Source: Rickettsiales bacterium
Lineage (GTDB): Bacteria; Pseudomonadota; Alphaproteobacteria; Rs-D84
DNA: 32,000 nt
Assembly (NCBI GenBank): GCA_031254335.1
Contig: JAIRUP010000005.1
Location: forward strand, 1 to 32,000
Reading direction: 5' to 3'
Positions 25,764 through 32,000 of this stretch are shown in pieces. The position numbers were made by a program, and so were the translations under genes. The notes beneath the pieces were generated by a model. That model had not been told where the DNA came from and did no database searches. It saw only the letters and a program-made list of their open reading frames with translations. The stretch's first letter is position 1. The number at the start of each line of letters is the position of its first letter.

Positions 25764-25950
25764 ATCGTTGAAACTTGTTTATAAGTTGTTTGTGGTGTTT
25801 GGTGATAATTTATACGCATGATTATTAATAACTTAAAATATTAAGTAAAATCAATATGATTTATTGTTTATAACTTTATGAATTGATTTGGAATTTTATT
25901 TTTAACGGAATTAATAGGATAAATAAAAACAATAAAAAAATCTAAGGGAA

Positions 25951-25974
25951 TTAAAAAATCCCCTTTCGGGGATT
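25951..25974 (-). terminator. Rho-independent terminator of rpmJ
   Basis: The minus strand reads AATCCCC-GAAA-GGGGATT followed by TTTTAATT. It starts 3 nt after the rpmJ stop codon. Confidence 0.6.
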
Positions 25975-25976
25975 CT

Positions 25977-26111
25977 TTATTTTTTCTTATAGCCTTGCTT
26001 GGCCTTGAACTTGGGGTTCTTTGGGTCCAAAAGAAGTACCTGCTTGCCGCGGCGGACCAGTTTAAGGTTTCCGCGTTTCTTCCAGCCTTTGAGGGAGCTT
26101 AGGATTTTCAT
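25977..26111 (-). CDS. rpmJ: 50S ribosomal protein L36 (non-zinc, YkgO-like type)
   Basis: It is below the ORF-track size cut-off. My translation is MKILSSLKGWKKRGNLKLVRRGKQVLLLDPKNPKFKAKQGYKKK (44 aa). This matches the MK..SLK...VRR.G......NP.FKA.QG pattern. A GAGG SD precedes it. Confidence 0.8.
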   Translation of the reverse strand: MKILSSLKGWKKRGNLKLVRRGKQVLLLDPKNPKFKAKQGYKKK

Positions 26112-26158
26112 GATATGCCTCGGTTTCTAAATTTATGAAAGTTTATAATACTTATCCC

Positions 26159-26186
26159 TTGAAAAATCAATAAAAAAAAGTATAAA
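26159..26186 (+). promoter_or_regulatory. Candidate promoter of the mreC-mreD-mrdA-rodA operon
   Basis: TTGAAA (26159-26164), a 16-nt spacer, then TATAAA (26181-26186). It ends 26 nt before the mreC ATG. Confidence 0.5.
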
Positions 26187-26211
26187 TAGATAAACTAAGA
26201 GAAAAGTTATC

Positions 26212-27069
26212 ATGAAATTCTTGAATTTATTCTCACAACTTGGAGTTTTGCTGAAAATCCTCAAAAAATCGGCGATTTATATAATCGCGCCCGTATTTTT
26301 CATTTATATTCTGCTTGATAAGCCCGATTACGCCGTCTTGAACGCCATTCATAAGCCAATCATGGCGGTGGCGCTGCCTTTCGGCCAGATGCTCACATGG
26401 CCGGTCCGCGCGGTCAAAGGCTTTGGAGCTTCTGTTATAGAATACAATTATCTGGCCGAGGACAACGAGAAGCTGCGGAAGACATTGGATGAAAAAATCA
26501 CAATCGAGAACGAGTATAAGTTCCTTAAATCCGAAAACGAGAGGATGGTCGGGCTTCTGAAAATAAAGGAGGAGTCGAAAACGAATGTCATTATAGGGAA
26601 GGTAATCGGCAACAACAACGGCCTTGGCAATACATTCGTGATAAATGTCGGTTCGAACGACGGCGTCAGGGACGGCGAGGTTGTTTTAAGCCATCTTGGA
26701 AACCTTTTGGGCTTTGTCATATCGTCGACGGGCGAATATTCGAAGGTTAGGAATCTGAACGATATAAATTCCAATATAATAGTCCGGGTCGCGGGAACCG
26801 AAGTTTTTGGATTCTTGCAGGGCAACAATGGAAAAAGCCCGTATTTCGAGTATTATTCGGACCCGGACTTCGAGCCCGCGCCCGGAATGCAGCTTGTGAC
26901 CAGCAATATGAACAGCCTTATGCCGTCGAATATTCCAATCGGCGAAATATCGAAGATTTATTCCAAGTCGCGCTCGCAGGTCAGGCTTTACGACGCGTCC
27001 GAAAAGGTTATGTCAATCCGCGTCCTTGAATACGATTTCAGGGAGAAATACAAGGAGGTCTCGGATTGA
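26212..27069 (+). CDS. mreC: Rod-shape-determining protein MreC
   Basis: 285 aa with an N-terminal TM segment. It has a coiled-coil LAEDNEKLRKTL...ENERMVGLL followed by beta-barrel blocks (VINVGSNDGVRDGEVVL). It is the first gene of the mreCD-mrdA-rodA order. Confidence 0.8.
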   Translation: MKFLNLFSQLGVLLKILKKSAIYIIAPVFFIYILLDKPDYAVLNAIHKPIMAVALPFGQMLTWPVRAVKGFGASVIEYNYLAEDNEKLRKTLDEKITIENEYKFLKSENERMVGLLKIKEESKTNVIIGKVIGNNNGLGNTFVINVGSNDGVRDGEVVLSHLGNLLGFVISSTGEYSKVRNLNDINSNIIVRVAGTEVFGFLQGNNGKSPYFEYYSDPDFEPAPGMQLVTSNMNSLMPSNIPIGEISKIYSKSRSQVRLYDASEKVMSIRVLEYDFREKYKEVSD

Positions 27070-27560
27070 TTGGGCTGTTCCGCAAGATATTCGCCTATAT
27101 GCGCGCGGTTGTTCCGGCGCTTCTGGCCGTGCTGCTTTTGTTCCTTCCGCACCCGTCCTTGAATCCCGGCGGAATCCTTGCGCTGGTTCCGATATTCTAT
27201 TTCTTCGTGAAGAATCCCAAATATATGAATTTCACCGTGTCGCTGGTTCTTCTCATGATATTGGATTACGACAACGACACGACATTCATCTGGTCCTTTG
27301 TGTTCGTCCTGTTCTATGTCGTGTCGAACTTCCAAAAAGTCATAATTTTCAAGGAGCAGAAATTCTCGGCCGCTTTCTTCTTCTTTTTGTTCGTCTTCAT
27401 GGGGCTTTTCATCCAATGGTTCGGCATGGTCTGGCCGGGCGTGCTTGGATGGGGCGATTCCCTGCTTATGCTGCTTAAAGTCTTTTGGTCGGCCTTGTTC
27501 ACGGCCGCGGTCTATGTTCCGGCGTCGGTCTTGATGGAAAGGATTGCGGATGATAGATAG
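27066..27560 (+). CDS. mreD: Rod-shape-determining protein MreD (polytopic membrane protein)
   Basis: 164 aa and very hydrophobic. The call rests on its position between mreC and mrdA. The TTG start overlaps the mreC stop (TTGA); an alternative ATG is at 27099. Confidence 0.6.
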   Translation: MIGLFRKIFAYMRAVVPALLAVLLLFLPHPSLNPGGILALVPIFYFFVKNPKYMNFTVSLVLLMILDYDNDTTFIWSFVFVLFYVVSNFQKVIIFKEQKFSAAFFFFLFVFMGLFIQWFGMVWPGVLGWGDSLLMLLKVFWSALFTAAVYVPASVLMERIADDR

Positions 27561-29349
27561 GGAGCTTGGAAATATTTTCAGCCGCCGCGCCTTCATAACC
27601 CTTGCGGCGGGCGGGGCGGCCCTGGGCTTGGTGTTTCTTCGCCTTGTCCAGCTTCAAATATTCGGAGCCGGGCGTTACAGGAAGCTGGCCGAGAACAATT
27701 CGCTTAAAATCCGCCCCATCATGCCGCCGCGCGGAATAATATACGACCGCGGCCGGGATATGCTTGCGACGAACCTTGTTTCATACCGCGCCTATATCGT
27801 CCCGCGCGAGGTCCTGAATATCGAGGAAATAATATCCCTGCTTCATGTCCGGTTCAGACTCTCGAAGCCCAGAATCAACGCGATAGAAAGGCAGTATTCC
27901 AGGAACCGCCGGACATACACGCCGATTTTCGTGAAGGAAAACATATCCTGGAAGGAAATGTCCGAGCTTCGCATAAACAGGAACATCCCGGGATTTTTCA
28001 TAGAGCAGGGGAGTTTCAGGATTTATCCCAATGGCAAAATAGCGGCCCATGTGGTGGGCTATGTCGGCACCGTCAGCGAAAGCGACATCAAGCGCAGGTT
28101 CGACCCGATGATGGGCGTCCAGTATTTCAAAATAGGCAAGGCGGGAATCGAGCGCAGGTTCGACAGTGTCCTTCGCGGAACCGCGGGCCAGAACATCCAG
28201 GTCGTGAACGCCGTCGGAAAAGTCATAAAGGACGAGGAGAAGACCATAGAGCCGGTTCCCGGGGAAAACATCAAATTGAACCTGTCGCTTAAAGTCCAGA
28301 AAATCCTGGAAGAATCCATGGAGGCGTATCCCGTCTGCTCGGGCGTCGTCATGGACATAGAGACGGGAAATGTCCTTGCGATGGCGTCCCACCCGTCGTT
28401 CGAGCCGGGCGCGTTCCAGGAGGACGGAGGCGAATATTTCGAGAAATTGAAGGCCAACCCGCATAAGCCCTTTATGAACAATGCAATCGAGGGCGCGTAT
28501 CCGCCGGGCTCGACATTCAAAATCGTCGTCGCCATGGCCGCGCTTGAAGGCGGCGCGATGACACCGGGCGAGCGGTTCTATTGCGACGGCTCGTGGACTT
28601 ACGGCAACCACAAATACCATTGCTGGGAAAAGAAGGGCCACGGATGGCAGAACATGCTGGACGCAATCGCGCATTCGTGCGATGTGTATTTCTATCAGGT
28701 CGCGCTTAAAATCGGAATCGACGCAATCAAGAATATGGCGACGAAACTGGGCCTGGGCCAGGTCTTGCAGAACGATTTGCTCGGCGAGACCCCGGGCGTA
28801 ATCCCGGACCGCCGCTGGAAGGAGAAGAATGTGGGCGCAAGCTGGGTCCATGGCGACACCATAATTTCCGGCATAGGACAGGGATTCGTCCTTGTGACGC
28901 CGTTGCAGCTTTGCACCATGCTTTGCCGCCTTGTGTCCAATTCGCGCGTGGTTCCCAAAATAGTGGACCATTCGGAAAAGGGCGGCTTCGAGGAATTGGG
29001 CCTGCGCCGCGCCAATATAGGCACCGTCATGAAGGGTTTGGAGAATGTCGTCAAAAAGGGCGGCACGGCGGGATTCGCGGCCATCAATGTGAACGGCCAG
29101 TCGTTCGGCGGCAAGACCGGGACAAGCCAGGTCCGCCGCATCACGGAGCAGGAGCGCGACACCCGCGTCAGGACGAACGACGAATTGCCCTGGCATTTGC
29201 GCAACCACGGCCTTTTCGTGGGCTTTGCCCCGACGGAAAACCCGAGATACGCGATGTCCATGGTGACCGAGCACAGCGGCGGCAGCGGCAACGCGGCGAA
29301 CATAGTTTCCGCCGTGTTCAGGAAGCTTCTTAAAGGGGAGGGCGAATAA
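27550..29349 (+). CDS. mrdA: Penicillin-binding protein 2 (elongasome transpeptidase)
   Basis: It has the STFK motif (PPGSTFKIV), an SxD-like motif SCD (HSCDVYFY, corresponding to the SxN box) and KTGT (GGKTGTSQV). I prefer the ATG at 27550 with an AAGGA SD; the track ORF begins at the TTG at 27544. Confidence 0.92.
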   Translation: MIDRELGNIFSRRAFITLAAGGAALGLVFLRLVQLQIFGAGRYRKLAENNSLKIRPIMPPRGIIYDRGRDMLATNLVSYRAYIVPREVLNIEEIISLLHVRFRLSKPRINAIERQYSRNRRTYTPIFVKENISWKEMSELRINRNIPGFFIEQGSFRIYPNGKIAAHVVGYVGTVSESDIKRRFDPMMGVQYFKIGKAGIERRFDSVLRGTAGQNIQVVNAVGKVIKDEEKTIEPVPGENIKLNLSLKVQKILEESMEAYPVCSGVVMDIETGNVLAMASHPSFEPGAFQEDGGEYFEKLKANPHKPFMNNAIEGAYPPGSTFKIVVAMAALEGGAMTPGERFYCDGSWTYGNHKYHCWEKKGHGWQNMLDAIAHSCDVYFYQVALKIGIDAIKNMATKLGLGQVLQNDLLGETPGVIPDRRWKEKNVGASWVHGDTIISGIGQGFVLVTPLQLCTMLCRLVSNSRVVPKIVDHSEKGGFEELGLRRANIGTVMKGLENVVKKGGTAGFAAINVNGQSFGGKTGTSQVRRITEQERDTRVRTNDELPWHLRNHGLFVGFAPTENPRYAMSMVTEHSGGSGNAANIVSAVFRKLLKGEGE

Positions 29350-30536
29350 TGGCGAATTCCGTCCGGGTCCAAAGGGCCGAGAATCTTTCCATCGCGGAAA
29401 AGCTGTCCCGCATTAGCTGGGGCCTGTTCCTTCTTATGTCGCTTGTCTTGGTCGCGTCCGTCATAACGCTTTATTCCATAGGCAACGCGCCATGCGCGGA
29501 CCAGGCGAAATGCGTCTATGAATTCGGCTCTTGGCGGCCCTGGGCGCTGCCCCAGCTGCTTAGAATCGGCCTTGGAATGTGCGTTTTCTTCGTGGCCGCG
29601 CTCGCGAACATCAAGTTCCTGATAAGGTTCAGCTATTTCATATTCGCGGTCGTCATCGTCATGATACTGTTCGTCGCCCTTTGGGGCCACACCGGCATGG
29701 GCGCGCAGAGATGGATTAATATGTTTTTCTTCAATGTCCAGCCGAGCGAGCTTATAAAAATCGCGCTGATTATGACGCTTGCGCGGTATTTCTCGTGGCT
29801 GAACTCGGTCGAGGTTTCCCAATTCAAGAACTATATCCTGTCCTTCCTTATGGTCCTGGTCCCCTTCGTTCTGGTCGTCATGCAGCCGGACTTGGGAACC
29901 GCGCTTGCGATGGTCATCATCGCGGTCTTCATGTTCTATATAATCGGGATGCCGCGCATATGGTTCGCGGTCGCCGTAGTCGTTTCCCTTGTCGCCGCGC
30001 CGGTCTTGTGGAATACGGCCCTGCGCGACTATCAAAAGGACAGGATTCTGACCATGCTCAATCCCGGCAAGGACTTGAAGGGGAAGGGCTATCAAATCAA
30101 CCAGTCCAAAATAACAATCGGCTCGGGCGGCTTTCTGGGCAAGGGCCTTGGCAGAAGCGATTCGCAGGCGAACCTTAACTTCCTTCCCGAAAAGCACACC
30201 GACTTCATATTCGCCGTCTATGCCGAAAAGTTCGGCTTTCTGGGCGCGCTGGTCCTGATTGTAATCTATCTGTCCATGACGCTTATGATTTACGGCATAT
30301 CGAAGAATTCCCGGAACAGGTTCGGCCAGCTTTTCTGCTTCGGCTTCATGACCAGCTTTTTCGTGTATTACTTCATAAATCTCGCGATGGTCATGGGAAT
30401 CATGCCCATCGTCGGGATGCCGCTTCCGCTCATGAGCTATGGCGGAAGCTCTCTTATCGCTTTACTTTTCGGCTTCGGTCTGGTACAAAATGCCAATATC
30501 CATAAAGACATGCAGCTGTCAAGCAAGGGAAACTAG
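29349..30536 (+). CDS. rodA: SEDS-family peptidoglycan glycosyltransferase RodA
   Basis: 395 aa and polytopic. QPSELIKI, PDLGTA, LPEKHTDFIF and PLPLMSYGGSS are FtsW/RodA/SpoVE signature blocks. TAATG overlap with mrdA. Confidence 0.92.
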   Translation: MANSVRVQRAENLSIAEKLSRISWGLFLLMSLVLVASVITLYSIGNAPCADQAKCVYEFGSWRPWALPQLLRIGLGMCVFFVAALANIKFLIRFSYFIFAVVIVMILFVALWGHTGMGAQRWINMFFFNVQPSELIKIALIMTLARYFSWLNSVEVSQFKNYILSFLMVLVPFVLVVMQPDLGTALAMVIIAVFMFYIIGMPRIWFAVAVVVSLVAAPVLWNTALRDYQKDRILTMLNPGKDLKGKGYQINQSKITIGSGGFLGKGLGRSDSQANLNFLPEKHTDFIFAVYAEKFGFLGALVLIVIYLSMTLMIYGISKNSRNRFGQLFCFGFMTSFFVYYFINLAMVMGIMPIVGMPLPLMSYGGSSLIALLFGFGLVQNANIHKDMQLSSKGN

Positions 30537-30538
30537 AA

Positions 30539-32000
30539 ATGAACCTTCTTATAGTCGAATCTCCGGCGAAATCAAAGACAATCGAGAAATACCTGGGGCC
30601 GGACTTCCATGTCCTTGCCAGCATCGGCCATGTCCGGGACCTTGCGCCCGAGGACGGCTCGGTCGACACGGCCAGGAATTTCAAGATGAAATGGCAGATT
30701 ATGCCGGACAAGGAAAAGCAGCTGAAACTTATCGGCGCGGCCCTTAAAAAAGCCGATGCCTTGTATCTTGCGACCGACCAGGACCGCGAAGGGGAAGCCA
30801 TCGCATGGCACCTTTACGAGATTCTGGATTCCCGCGGCGCATTGGCGGGGAAAAAGGTCTATCGCATCACATTCAATGAAATAACCAAGAAGGCGGTCCA
30901 GGCCGCCTTGGAAAAGCCGCGCGAAATCGACCGGAACCTTGTGAACGCGTATTTGGGCCGCCGCGCCTTGGATTACCTTATGGGATTCAATCTGTCGCCG
31001 ATTCTTTGGCGCAAGCTCCCCGGCGCGAAATCGGCGGGCCGCGTCCAATCCGTTGCGCTGGCTTTGATTGTCCAGCGCGAAAAGGAGATTGAGGAATTTA
31101 AGGCGGCCGAATATTGGTCCGTCGATTCGCTTGTCGCGGCGAAAGGCGGCAAATTCAAGGCGCGCCTTAACGAAAACGCCGGGAAGAAAATCGAGAAGAT
31201 GACCCTTGAAAACAAGGCCATGGTGGACGCCGTCCTGAAAAGCCTTGCGCCCGGGGACGCCGCGAAAGTGAAATCGGTCGAGAAAAAGCAGACATCCCGC
31301 CGCCCCGCCGCGCCCTTCACGACTTCGACCTTGCAGCAGGAAGCGTCCAGGAAGCTCCATTTCGGGGCCCAGCGCGCCATGCGTTCCGCCCAAAAGCTCT
31401 ATGAAAAGGGATTCATAACCTATATGCGAACCGACGCCGTCGCCCTTTCCGCCGACGCGGTTTCGGGAATCCGCGATTATATTAAAGGCTCCATCGGTCC
31501 GGCCTATCTGCCTGAAAAGCCGGTCTTTTACGCGAACAAGTCCAAGAACGCCCAGGAGGCGCACGAGGCAATCCGCCCGACCGATTTCGCCCGCAGCTCG
31601 GTCTTGGGGCTGGTCGAGCATTCGGACGAGGAGAAACTCTACGAGCTTATATGGAAGCGCGCGGTGTCTTCCCAAATGGAAAACGCCCGCTTCGATTCCG
31701 TTGTCGTGGATATAGAGCCGGTCAAAAACCCGGGGACCGTATTCCACGCCGTCGGCACGACTCAGACATTCGACGGATTCCTGAAACTCTATCAAGAGGG
31801 CCAGGACGACGCGGAAGATGAAAAAGAAGCGAAATTGCCCGTTCTGGCCGAGGGCGACGCGGTTGTATTGGAGGAATTCCTGCCGGAACAGCATTTTACC
31901 CTGCCGCCGCCCCGGTTTTCCGAGGCTTCATTGGTCAAAAGGCTGGAAGAACTGGGTATCGGCCGCCCTTCGACCTATGCCGCCATCCTTTCGGTCATAG
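30539..32000 (+). CDS. topA: DNA topoisomerase I; 3' end beyond window
   Basis: Absent from the ORF track because there is no stop codon in the window. My translation reads MNLLIVESPAKSKTIEKYLG...ATDQDREGEAIAWH...ITYMRTD...GIGRPSTYA. It shows the Toprim DxD(R)EGE motif and the active-site YMRTD. Confidence 0.93.
   Translation, partial: MNLLIVESPAKSKTIEKYLGPDFHVLASIGHVRDLAPEDGSVDTARNFKMKWQIMPDKEKQLKLIGAALKKADALYLATDQDREGEAIAWHLYEILDSRGALAGKKVYRITFNEITKKAVQAALEKPREIDRNLVNAYLGRRALDYLMGFNLSPILWRKLPGAKSAGRVQSVALALIVQREKEIEEFKAAEYWSVDSLVAAKGGKFKARLNENAGKKIEKMTLENKAMVDAVLKSLAPGDAAKVKSVEKKQTSRRPAAPFTTSTLQQEASRKLHFGAQRAMRSAQKLYEKGFITYMRTDAVALSADAVSGIRDYIKGSIGPAYLPEKPVFYANKSKNAQEAHEAIRPTDFARSSVLGLVEHSDEEKLYELIWKRAVSSQMENARFDSVVVDIEPVKNPGTVFHAVGTTQTFDGFLKLYQEGQDDAEDEKEAKLPVLAEGDAVVLEEFLPEQHFTLPPPRFSEASLVKRLEELGIGRPSTYAAILSVI

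Noticed and set aside
25702-25950. The AT-rich region as a replication origin, given that parAB and gidAB are in the window.
   Set aside because: I found no TTATCCACA/TGTGGATAA-type DnaA boxes by eye in this region. It is better explained as the virB3 and rpmJ intergenic control region.

Overview
Gene-dense chromosomal window (about 31 CDS and one tRNA) from a Gram-negative bacterium. It is probably an alphaproteobacterial, endosymbiont-like lineage. That is an inference from the orphan virB3-virB4 pair, the DUF374-lpxK-lpxC arrangement, a non-zinc L36 and the repeat style. Core genes: parB-parA, mreB, rsmG, mnmG, nth, rpmI-rplT-pheS-pheT, ychF, argS, initiator tRNA-Met, lpxC-lpxK, tsaE, virB3-virB4, rpmJ, mreC-mreD-mrdA-rodA and topA. 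The non-coding and accessory layer is the unusual part. (1) A family of about 165-bp structured intergenic elements (E-repeats, 6-7 copies, all in one orientation) has A-tract/T-tract terminal inverted repeats. Its nested stems differ between copies by matched, pairing-preserving changes. Most copies sit directly against stop codons. (2) A second family of about 35-40 bp hairpin repeats (H-hairpins, 5 copies) often lies next to E-repeats. (3) A 117-bp GC-rich nested palindrome is inserted in frame (39 codons) in mnmG. (4) Three parS-like palindromes and a 43-nt inverted module bracket a dislocated mreB beside parAB. (5) An AT-rich islet (about 3987-6002) carries a Panacea/DUF4065 (SocA-like) antitoxin gene. 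A tightly coupled 126-aa candidate toxin follows it, behind two near-consensus promoters and a 24-bp perfect palindrome. (6) An orphan 777-aa protein has no motif I recognise. (7) A 33-nt perfect palindrome supplies the Shine-Dalgarno sequences of two divergent genes. No rRNA, CRISPR array, transposase or integrase gene is visible. All family assignments rest on motif recognition by eye; no database search was possible.
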